Below the pieces are notes generated by a model. The model did not search any database and was not told the DNA's origin. It saw only the letters and a list, made by a program, of their open reading frames with translations. From positions 1-55,309 of the IMG/VR virus record IMGVR_UViG_3300030107_002626: a DNA stretch of 55,309 nt; one strand, written 5' to 3'. Origin of the DNA: a virus. Lineage: Duplodnaviria > Caudoviricetes. Shown piece by piece: positions 35,419 through 43,774 of the stretch. How positions within the stretch are numbered: the first letter of the stretch is position 1; every line of letters begins with the position of its first letter. The position numbers were made by a program, and so were the translations under genes.

Positions 35419-35961
35419 TTAGATTGCGGCATACGCCGGGAAGCTTTGCTCTTCTCTGAGAAGGTCTTCCCAGACCGAGTCGATCAAGCGATGCCCCAGC
35501 GCAGCGTTGAAAAAGTCGAGCAGTTCACGAGCGTTTCCGCCGTGTCTCTCGGCGATGATGTCAAATGCTCTGACGACTCCTCTCTGAGCAGTGCTCCGTG
35601 AACAGTTGTACTCACTGGCAGTGAGCGCCGTGAACTGCTCAATGACGAACGAATTGAGTTGCCGGTACGCCAGCAGTGAATCATTGGGCCGACCTTTGTA
35701 GATAAGTTTGGCAAGCACCTGCAGCCTGCGGCGGTTCCGCTCGTAGGTGGCCTGACCGTCGTTCTCATAGCTGCCCTCGACCCACAGGCTGAGGCAGTCG
35801 GCTGCGCGGGTCGTCTGAGCCGCTTGGGTGAGTGCACTGAACCCGACCAGTTCACGCTCGGGCCGGGTGGCACCTGCACTCTTCAGATCGGCAGTGTGAG
35901 AGGCATGCGCCCATTCGATGTCTAGTACCAGATCGTTGGCGATGGTTTGGGTGACGTTCAT
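35419..35961 (-). CDS. Hypothetical protein (first gene of the operon)
   Basis: 180 aa; ACTAGGAG RBS; flanked by HHR1 and HHR2. Confidence 0.8.
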   Translation of the reverse strand: MNVTQTIANDLVLDIEWAHASHTADLKSAGATRPERELVGFSALTQAAQTTRAADCLSLWVEGSYENDGQATYERNRRRLQVLAKLIYKGRPNDSLLAYRQLNSFVIEQFTALTASEYNCSRSTAQRGVVRAFDIIAERHGGNARELLDFFNAALGHRLIDSVWEDLLREEQSFPAYAAI

Positions 35962-35980
35962 GATGTTCTCCTAGTGGTTT

Positions 35981-36033
35981 GCGTTTCGGCCTGCCGTGGC
36001 CCTCGTCAGTGCATCGGCATTAGATGCATACGC
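35981..36033 (-). ncRNA. Hammerhead ribozyme, type III (HHR1)
   Basis: gcg UA^ ugcauc uaaugcc gaugca CUGACGA g-ggcc acggca ggcc GAAA cgc; loop I UGCC complementary to loop II GGCA; cleavage 36029/36028. Confidence 0.88.
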
Positions 36034-36221
36034 TGTACATGCTCTCGCATGTACCGGGGCACTCTGGGTGACATGAGGTCACGCCCCGCGACGGTGTGTA
36101 CGCTTTACGCCTCTCCGGCATTCTTACCGGGTCAAAGGGTGCGCCGGATTCAAACCGGAGGGCCGAGGCCCCATCAAATAGCAGTGATTAAGTAAGTGAG
36201 TAAGTAATGAATGAGATTCGA

Positions 36222-36250
36222 AAGATACACACCAATCACCCTACATGCAA
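36222..36250 (-). promoter_or_regulatory. Putative sigma70-type promoter of the ribozyme operon
   Basis: TTGCAT-17 bp-TATCTT on the minus strand. Confidence 0.55.
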
Positions 36251-36607
36251 CACCTGTACAACAAATAGTTAACAGTCACGGTATGCCGTGCGATTGGTCA
36301 GGATCAGAGCGAATAAATTTGCCTATATATGTAGTAAGACTTAGGGCGTCCGTAAGTTGTTGATTCATAAGGCGTATTGCGTGTAAGGCGTTTTCTGTCA
36401 CTCCAGATACCAGTGCAAGGGTGATGGCTAAAACCGCTTAGAACGGCTCTGAGTGCGTCTGTGGCGTGTCAAGTGTTTGGCGAAAATATCTGCATCTTGA
36501 GTGCATGTCCTGCGTTGTATGTCAACGTTGACCCGTCTCATGTTTCTATGCTGGGGCCTTGGTGCTGGATAGAATCCCGGCATTAGCTATTGCCGGACCA
36601 ATGACCA

Positions 36608-37063
36608 ATGCCGACCAGTGAACTGACACCCAAGATGCTGCACTTCGCCCGATGCGTTGCGGGTGGAATGACCCAAGCGGACGCCTATCGAGAGGCATAT
36701 GACCCCAGCGACTCAACCACTGCCGCGAGCATCCACACGTTGGCGTCTAGGCTGATGTCACGGGTTGAGATCAGGTCAAGGGTAGATGTGCTGATAGCTG
36801 CTAGAGAGAGAGCAGTTGCAGCCTCAGCGGTCTCCGACCGAGAGCGAGTCCTAGGCCAACTCCGAGACTGGATGGACTCAGCAGAGCCCACCGACAGCAA
36901 CCGGCTCCGTGCCGCTGAACTGCTGGGACGTGCATCGGGGCTGTTCGCCACCGAGGTGAACGTGACGAACCGAGAGAGAGACGCAACAGAGGTAGCTGCA
37001 GAGTTGGAGCAGCGGCTGGCAGGCATCCTCTCTGCAGTCGAGCCAGAGGCAGATGTTCACTGA
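36608..37063 (+). CDS. terS: Terminase small subunit
   Basis: LTPKM..FA..GMTQADAYREAY..ASRLM..RLRAAELLGR; upstream of terL. Confidence 0.8.
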   Translation: MPTSELTPKMLHFARCVAGGMTQADAYREAYDPSDSTTAASIHTLASRLMSRVEIRSRVDVLIAARERAVAASAVSDRERVLGQLRDWMDSAEPTDSNRLRAAELLGRASGLFATEVNVTNRERDATEVAAELEQRLAGILSAVEPEADVH

Positions 37064-37533
37064 TGGCAGTGTGATGTCCTGATGTCATAGCAATGGCGTA
37101 GTATCGTTGCAGTACCATGATGGCCTGACGATGTTGCCGAGGGGAAGGACCGCATGTGACGAGGGGGCACCCCCCTGTACGCGAGGCGTGCGTGTCCGTC
37201 TGTATACATAGTATTCCACGCAAACAATTAGCAACTTTTCCTGCCATATAGCATGTCTTATGTAGGCTGCTTCCCCTTTTTGTTTCAGCTTTTGCTCTAG
37301 GAGTCCCATACCCAAAAAATTTTTTGCCAATTTTTGGGGTGTAGATATTTGCTCATCAATATTTGATTGCAAATCTTGTCAAGGGGTCTAATATGCTAAG
37401 CTCAAGGCAAAGCTAAGACTAAGGCGTCACCTGAGCTTAAGGAGTCTCATGTCGCTGCCCGAGAGGGCGCGACACCTAGATAGCATGAGGTAGGAGTCAA
37501 CTTAGTCTAAGGGGACTACTTAGGTTTGAGTTC

Positions 37534-39045
37534 ATGCCGTTACAAGACCGGATAGATCCCAATCTTCTAAAGAACATTAACCTTCTACCTGTTGCAGAGC
37601 AGGAGGAGATTCTTGGTCTCTTAGAGGAACTGGAGTCTGCTGAAGAGAAAGAGCGAGCCAGAGATACCTTTATCGGTTTTGTTAATAGTGTTTGGCCTGC
37701 CTTCATTGAAGGCCGACATCACAAAATAATGGCCCGGGCGTTTGAGCGGGTTGCCAATGGTGAGTTAAAGAGACTCATCGTTAATATGCCTCCCCGGCAT
37801 ACTAAGTCTGAATTTGCTTCCTACCTGTTACCTGCTTGGTTCTTGGGCAAGTACCCGGAAAAGAAAATCATTCAGACGGCTCACACTGCTGAGCTTTCTG
37901 TTGGTTTCGGGCGCAAGGTTCGGAACCTAGTGGACAGTGATGACTATAAGTCCATATTTCCCCAAGTTGCACTGAGGTCTGATTCCAAGGCCGCAGGACG
38001 CTGGAGTACCAACAAAGGCGGGGAATACTTTGCTATTGGTGTAGGCGGTGCCGTTACAGGTAAAGGTGCTGACTTATTAGTTATTGATGATCCACACAGT
38101 GAACAGGAGGGGCAGAGTGCGGACCCATCAGTCTTTGATCGGGTCTATGACTGGTACACCTCTGGTCCAAGGCAGCGTCTTCAACCCGGCGGGGCCATCA
38201 TTGTTGTAATGACCCGATGGCATAAAAGAGATCTGACCGGGCAGATACTTAAATCCTCCCTGCAAAGATCAGGCTCTGATGAATGGGAGCTGATCGAGTT
38301 CCCGGCACTTATGCCTTCTGATGAGCCACTGTGGCCCGAGTTCTGGCCCAAAGATGAGCTTGAAGCTCTGCGGAATGAACTTCCGGCCCCGAAGTGGAAT
38401 GCCCAGTATCAACAGAACCCGACCTCGGAAGAGGGCGCTCTGGTTAAAAGAGAATGGTGGCGCGTCTGGGAAAAAGACAATCCTCCTGCTTGTGAGTTTG
38501 TCATTCAGTCATGGGACACGGCCTTTCTTAAGACCCAACGTGCTGACTACTCTGCTTGTACGACGTGGGGTGTTTTCTATCACCCTGACGAGTCAGGCAT
38601 AGAGCAGCCCAACATTATCCTCTTAGATGCCTATAAAGAGCGGCTGGAGTTCCCGGAACTCAAGAAGAAAGCCTATGACTACTGGGTAGACTGGCAACCG
38701 GATGCATTTATCGTTGAGGCCAAGGCAGCAGGTACACCATTGATATTTGAACTCAGGGCAATGGGTATTCCTGTTTCTGAGTACACTCCATCCAGAGGTA
38801 ACGACAAGATAGCTAGGGTCAATGCTGTCGCAGATTTGTTTGCCTCCGGGATTGTTTGGGCACCTGAACTTAGATTTGCGGAAGAGGTTATCGAAGAGTT
38901 TGCGGCTTTCCCTTCAGGGGAGCATGACGACTTGGTTGACTCCTCAACTCAGGCATTGCTCAGATTCAGGCAAGGCGGCTTCCTGAAACTGAACAGTGAC
39001 GAAGAAGACGAGCCTATTTCCATCAGGAAGGCAAACTACTATTGA
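37534..39045 (+). CDS. terL: Terminase large subunit
   Basis: Walker A MPPRHTKS, Walker B LLVIDDP, MTRWH, SWDTA, HDDLVDS. Confidence 0.95.
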   Translation: MPLQDRIDPNLLKNINLLPVAEQEEILGLLEELESAEEKERARDTFIGFVNSVWPAFIEGRHHKIMARAFERVANGELKRLIVNMPPRHTKSEFASYLLPAWFLGKYPEKKIIQTAHTAELSVGFGRKVRNLVDSDDYKSIFPQVALRSDSKAAGRWSTNKGGEYFAIGVGGAVTGKGADLLVIDDPHSEQEGQSADPSVFDRVYDWYTSGPRQRLQPGGAIIVVMTRWHKRDLTGQILKSSLQRSGSDEWELIEFPALMPSDEPLWPEFWPKDELEALRNELPAPKWNAQYQQNPTSEEGALVKREWWRVWEKDNPPACEFVIQSWDTAFLKTQRADYSACTTWGVFYHPDESGIEQPNIILLDAYKERLEFPELKKKAYDYWVDWQPDAFIVEAKAAGTPLIFELRAMGIPVSEYTPSRGNDKIARVNAVADLFASGIVWAPELRFAEEVIEEFAAFPSGEHDDLVDSSTQALLRFRQGGFLKLNSDEEDEPISIRKANYY

Positions 39046-39767
39046 TTGAAATAAACGGCTGGCTAATTGAGAAATCTTTCAGACCCATCTTCAGAAGATT
39101 TTCCGTTCTGGGGAATCGGGTCTTTTTTAACAAGGCAGACTTTCCAGTCGCTGCAGTGCTGGAAGATAACTACGATGTCATCAAGCTTGAGTTTGAAAAG
39201 ATCCGCCGCCGGATAAAAGAGCTTCCTTCTTTTCAGGACATCAGCCCCGACCAGATCTACATATCGCAGGATGATAAGTGGAAGATGTTTTTCCTCAAGA
39301 CGGGGAAGCTGCGGTTTGATCGCAATTGTCAGGAATTTCCTGAAACGATGAAGATCATTGATTCAGACCCTAACTTGGTTTCTGCTTATTTTTCAGTCAT
39401 CGGCCCAAACAAAATGCTCATGCCACATGAGGGGCCGTGGTGCGGAATACTCAGAATGCATCTGGGAATAGATATTCCCACTGATGGAAAGGGCTGTGTC
39501 TTGGTGGCAAACAAAGAAGAATATCGCTGGGAAGAGGGCAAAGTCGTTGTCTTTGATGACACCTACGAGCACTTCGCGGTCAATTTGACGGACCATGACA
39601 GGGTGGTCTTATTCCTCGATTACATGAGGCCGCTGCCTTGGCCCCTCAATTGGTTGAACCACTTTGTAGTTTATATGGCGAGGTACATGAGGTATTTCAA
39701 AGAGCCCGTTAAACGTCACAAGGTTTGGGAAGAAAGCTTCTACAAGCAAATGAATAAGGCGGCTTAA
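39042..39767 (+). CDS. Aspartyl/asparaginyl beta-hydroxylase family (2OG-Fe(II)) oxygenase
   Basis: AYFS..LMPHEG..LRMHLG..WEEG..FDDTYEH..RVVLFLD. Confidence 0.88.
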   Translation: MIEINGWLIEKSFRPIFRRFSVLGNRVFFNKADFPVAAVLEDNYDVIKLEFEKIRRRIKELPSFQDISPDQIYISQDDKWKMFFLKTGKLRFDRNCQEFPETMKIIDSDPNLVSAYFSVIGPNKMLMPHEGPWCGILRMHLGIDIPTDGKGCVLVANKEEYRWEEGKVVVFDDTYEHFAVNLTDHDRVVLFLDYMRPLPWPLNWLNHFVVYMARYMRYFKEPVKRHKVWEESFYKQMNKAA

Positions 39768-40460
39768 TTGGCTTTTTTGCAGAGCAACATTCCTCACTTT
39801 AAGTGCTGGGTTAGAAAGGAATACACCCACAACCATGTCAAGTATCACGGGGAGTTTCTCCATGCGATGGCGATTGCGGTAACAAGCATTCCCTGCCGGT
39901 CATTAAGTTTTCAGATTATTTTTACTGGCGCTGAAACTTATGATTCGGACGAGCCCAATATTCATGGTGGCGCTATGTGGGCTAGGATGCCTATCACAGC
40001 CTTGGTTGGGGACACGCCGTTTGATGAGTGGCCCGAGCCTATGCCGACTTGGGCTGCTCAACCTTGGGATTGTTCTTCAAGAACTCATTCCGTGTATGTA
40101 ATGGACCGCTGTACTCCGTGTCCTTGGCTTGCAAAAATAGACGGTGACTTCTACCCTGCAAAGTATTACTTCACAGTGGATTACACTGATTCTGAAATTG
40201 CAGATGATCCTGCCCAGCATAAGCAGGCCCATGTTTTGGAATTGCTGGACGCGGGGCAGTGGACAGGGAATATCGTGGCGCTACCTAATAACCGGGTCAG
40301 GGTCACTCATCCGGCTTGGTTTGAGGTTGGCGAAGGGGCACCAGATTTTAGGCCTTCACAGCATGTCCATTACAGCAAATCAGATTTAGACTACACATTG
40401 GACGTTAACCAAGTATTCAACAATCTTTACTCGGAGGATTCAGGTGAAGAAGAAAACTAA
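39768..40460 (+). CDS. Hypothetical phage protein
   Basis: 230 aa with TTG start; GGAMWARMP, QPWDC, ALPNNR. Confidence 0.75.
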   Translation: MAFLQSNIPHFKCWVRKEYTHNHVKYHGEFLHAMAIAVTSIPCRSLSFQIIFTGAETYDSDEPNIHGGAMWARMPITALVGDTPFDEWPEPMPTWAAQPWDCSSRTHSVYVMDRCTPCPWLAKIDGDFYPAKYYFTVDYTDSEIADDPAQHKQAHVLELLDAGQWTGNIVALPNNRVRVTHPAWFEVGEGAPDFRPSQHVHYSKSDLDYTLDVNQVFNNLYSEDSGEEEN

Positions 40461-40647
40461 GATGGGCTACGCTGGTGGCGGGAAGATGAAAACCAAAGGC
40501 TACGCTGGCGGTGGCAAAATTCGCATGAGTCCCAAGATGATGGCGAGCGGTGGTCCGACAGGTGCGGTCAAGCGTGACAATACTAAGTCAAATGTTGCGC
40601 GTGGCAGCGGTGCAGCAAGGCCCCAACCTTTTAGAAAGAATGGCTGA
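40444..40647 (+). CDS. Small basic protein with YAGGGK repeats
   Basis: 67 aa, GTG start, coupled to the portal. Confidence 0.65.
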   Translation: MKKKTKMGYAGGGKMKTKGYAGGGKIRMSPKMMASGGPTGAVKRDNTKSNVARGSGAARPQPFRKNG

Positions 40648-43118
40648 TGGCTATTGACCAAACCATGCGTTCCAATCCTTTGGTTGGAAACGGCCCGGGC
40701 GTCGAGGTTGAAATTGAAAACCCCGAATCTGTCTCAATAGAAACAGAAGACGGCGGGGTAATTATTGATTTTGACCCGGACGCAAGCACGCTGGCTTCGT
40801 TAGGGATGCTCCCGCATGACGCTAACCTTGCAGAGGTGGTTGATGAGAGCGAACTAAATATCATCGCGTCTGAGTTGGTGGGCCTCTTCAAGTCTGACAA
40901 GGAAAGTCGCGCAGACTGGGAACGCGCTTATGTCGATGGTTTGGATTTGCTTGGCCTCAAGCATGAGGACAGGACCACGCCTTGGGACGGAGCTTGCGGT
41001 GTTTTCCACCCACTCTTGTCCGAGTCAGTAATTAAGTTTCAGTCTCAAGCTATTCAGGAGCTGTTTCCTGCCAGTGGCCCAGTTAAAACGTCTGTTGTCG
41101 GCAAGCTGACTGATGAAAAAGAAGGGCAGGCCCATAGGGTTCAGGATTACCTGAACTATCTCCTGACGGAGAAAATGACTGAGTATCGGTCAGAGACAGA
41201 AAAGATGTTGTTCTCCCTGCCGTTGGCAGGCAGTGCTTTCAGGAAAGTCTACTTTGATCCCAACATGGGACGCCCGTGCAGCATGTTCGTACCGGCAGAA
41301 GACTTTGTTGTGAGTTATGGGGCGTCTGATTTGACGACCTGTGAGCGTGCAACGCACATCATGAAGCGCACCACTAATGATGTTCGCAAGCTTCAGGTGT
41401 CTGGTTTCTACCGGGACATAGAGCTTGGCGCTCCATCTTCAGATGTTGACCGGGTAGAAGAGAAGTACAACCGGCTGACTGGGGACAGCGCAAGCTATGA
41501 GCTTGATTCCCGGCATACGATTTTAGAGGTGCAAGTTAATTTAGACCTTCCGGGGTTTGAGGACGAAGAGGGTGGTGAGCCAACAGGCATTGCGCTGCCC
41601 TACGTGGTGTCTATTGACCTTGGCTCTAGGGAAGTTTTGTCGATTCGGCGGAACTGGTATGAAGGGGACAGCCTGCAAACCAAGCGTGAGCACTTCGTTC
41701 ACTATCAATATATCCCCGGGTTGGGCTTTTACGGCTTTGGATTGATCCACATGATTGGTGGATTGGCTAAATCTGCCACGTCATTGCTGCGACAACTGGT
41801 CGATGCAGGCACATTGTCCAATCTTCCGGGTGGTTTGAAGTCGAGAGGGCTACGAATTAAGGGGGATGACACCCCAATCATGCCCGGGGAGTTCCGGGAC
41901 GTGGATGTTCCGGGCGGTGCAATACGGGACAACATTAGTTTCTTGCCCTACAAAGAGCCAAGCAACGTTTTGTATCAGTTGATGGGCGATATTGTAGAGG
42001 AAGGGCGTCGATTTGCTTCTGCGGCAGACGTAAAAGCTGCAGATATGAACGCTGAGGCCCCGGTTGGGACCACGTTGGCCATACTTGAGCGGTCAATGAA
42101 GGTCATGAGCGCCATTCAGGCCCGGTTACACGCCTCTATGCGCGTTGAATTGCGGATATTAAGCAACTTAGTTCGCGATTTTGGGCCTGAAAAGTACCCA
42201 TACCTTGAAGATAGCAAGGATTTGGTGGCTGAAGACTTCGATGATCGCGTTGACATCATCCCAGTTAGTGATCCGAACGCTGGAACGATGTCTCAGCGCA
42301 TCATGCAGTACCAAGCAGCCCTGCAATTGGCGGCACAGGCCCCAGAAATGTACGACATGCCCCTTTTACACCGGCAAATGCTGGATGTTTTGGGCATTCA
42401 GGACGCAGATCAGATTGTTCCTACTGAAAAGGACATGAAACCGACTGATCCTGTCAGTGAAAACATGGACATTATCAATGGTAAGCCGATTAAGGCGTTT
42501 ATTTACCAAGATCATGAGGCTCATATCCAAACTCACATGTCGGTTACCCAGAATCCGAAGATTATGGAGATTTTGGGCAAGAGTCCCAATGCTCAGAAGG
42601 CTCAGGCGGAATTAGCAGCGCATGTTCAGGAGCATTTAGCGTTCAAGTACCGCCAAGAGATAGAAAAAGAGCTTGGCATGGAGCTTCCTGCGCCTAATGA
42701 GTCATTGCCAGAGGATATTGAGTTTAGGATTTCCAAACTTGTTGCTCCTGCGGCGGCTCAGGTAACAGGTAAGGCGGCTCAAGAGCAGCAAGCCCAACAA
42801 GCCCAGCAGCAAATGCAAGATCCTGTCATTCAGATGCAACAGCAAGAGCTTCAGCTCAAGCAGCAAGAAGCTCAGCAGAAAGCTCAGGCAGAGATGGCGA
42901 AGATTCAGTTTGATATGCAGAAGCTTGCTGCCAAATCAGAGCTGGATAGGGAGAAGTTGGAGCAACAAGAAAGGATTGAGCAGGCCAAGCTAGGTGTTAA
43001 GGTTGCTGAGACCAATACAAAGGAAGAACTGGAGAGTGCACGCATAGCATCTCAAGACCAATTAGAAGGGGCTAAGCTAGGGATAGAGATCGCGAAAGAG
43101 ATAATGAAAGACAAGTGA
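40647..43118 (+). CDS. Portal protein
   Basis: 823 aa after terL; HPLLSESV, GSAFRKVYFD, GFYGFG, C-terminal Q-rich coiled-coil barrel. Confidence 0.88.
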   Translation: MAIDQTMRSNPLVGNGPGVEVEIENPESVSIETEDGGVIIDFDPDASTLASLGMLPHDANLAEVVDESELNIIASELVGLFKSDKESRADWERAYVDGLDLLGLKHEDRTTPWDGACGVFHPLLSESVIKFQSQAIQELFPASGPVKTSVVGKLTDEKEGQAHRVQDYLNYLLTEKMTEYRSETEKMLFSLPLAGSAFRKVYFDPNMGRPCSMFVPAEDFVVSYGASDLTTCERATHIMKRTTNDVRKLQVSGFYRDIELGAPSSDVDRVEEKYNRLTGDSASYELDSRHTILEVQVNLDLPGFEDEEGGEPTGIALPYVVSIDLGSREVLSIRRNWYEGDSLQTKREHFVHYQYIPGLGFYGFGLIHMIGGLAKSATSLLRQLVDAGTLSNLPGGLKSRGLRIKGDDTPIMPGEFRDVDVPGGAIRDNISFLPYKEPSNVLYQLMGDIVEEGRRFASAADVKAADMNAEAPVGTTLAILERSMKVMSAIQARLHASMRVELRILSNLVRDFGPEKYPYLEDSKDLVAEDFDDRVDIIPVSDPNAGTMSQRIMQYQAALQLAAQAPEMYDMPLLHRQMLDVLGIQDADQIVPTEKDMKPTDPVSENMDIINGKPIKAFIYQDHEAHIQTHMSVTQNPKIMEILGKSPNAQKAQAELAAHVQEHLAFKYRQEIEKELGMELPAPNESLPEDIEFRISKLVAPAAAQVTGKAAQEQQAQQAQQQMQDPVIQMQQQELQLKQQEAQQKAQAEMAKIQFDMQKLAAKSELDREKLEQQERIEQAKLGVKVAETNTKEELESARIASQDQLEGAKLGIEIAKEIMKDK

Positions 43119-43312
43119 CCAAAGAACTAGACATCTTTAACTATTTGCGATCCAATATAATGGACCAAATGAATGACGCTGTTGACCACCTTAGCGGCGG
43201 CGGATGTAAAGATTACGCAGAATACACAAAGTGTTGTGGAGTAATTCAGGGTCTGGCTCAAGCAGAGCGAGAAATCCTTGACGCCAAAGCTCGATATGAG
43301 CAGGCGCAGTGA
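43115..43312 (+). CDS. Hypothetical protein
   Basis: 65 aa between portal and groES. Confidence 0.7.
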   Translation: MTKELDIFNYLRSNIMDQMNDAVDHLSGGGCKDYAEYTKCCGVIQGLAQAEREILDAKARYEQAQ

Positions 43313-43330
43313 AGTAGTGTAAGAGGCAAG

Positions 43331-43384
43331 CGACTCTGGGCGTTACCCAGTGCAAAACGACTTCGGGCGTTATCCCGATGCAAA
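43331..43384 (+). promoter_or_regulatory. Tandem hairpin repeat in the groES leader
   Basis: cgact-ctggg-cgtta-cccag-tgcaaa and cgact-tcggg-cgttat-cccga-tgcaaa; compensatory stem changes. Confidence 0.6.
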
Positions 43385-43393
43385 GGAGAAATA

Positions 43394-43774
43394 ATGAGCG
43401 AAGCTGCTCAGCAACTAAAAGAGACTGAAGAGTCTCGCAACGCAAATCAACTTCCTGACCCCAAGGGGTACAAGATATTGATTGCGCTCCCTAATCCTGA
43501 CTCGGAATACGATGGCGGGATTATTAAGTCGAAAAAAACCATTGAAGAGGAAGAGCTTGGCTCGATCTGTGCAATGGTTCTGAAGATGGGTCCAGATTGC
43601 TACAAAGACCCTAATAGGTTCCCGTCCGGTTCTTTTTGCAAGGAAGGTGATTGGATCGTTATGAGGTCTTACTCAGGCACTCGATTCAAAGTTCATGGCA
43701 AAGAGTTTCGCTTAATCAACGACGACAGCGTAGAAGCTGTGGTTGAAGACCCACGGGGAATTGTTAAGGCATGA
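43394..43774 (+). CDS. groES: Co-chaperonin GroES-like
   Basis: PKGYKILI..GGII..KEGDWIV..YSGT..EFRLINDDSVEAVV. Confidence 0.85.
   Translation: MSEAAQQLKETEESRNANQLPDPKGYKILIALPNPDSEYDGGIIKSKKTIEEEELGSICAMVLKMGPDCYKDPNRFPSGSFCKEGDWIVMRSYSGTRFKVHGKEFRLINDDSVEAVVEDPRGIVKA

Noticed and set aside
31043-36033. Intergenic repeats read as a CRISPR array, attC sites or terminators
   Set aside because: They are separated by whole genes, lack attC R-box ends and U-tails, and no integron integrase is present; the hammerhead core explains the conserved bases
36130-36175. tRNA gene suggested by GGTTTGAATCC
   Set aside because: No acceptor, D or anticodon arms could be built; kept only as a T-loop-like hairpin
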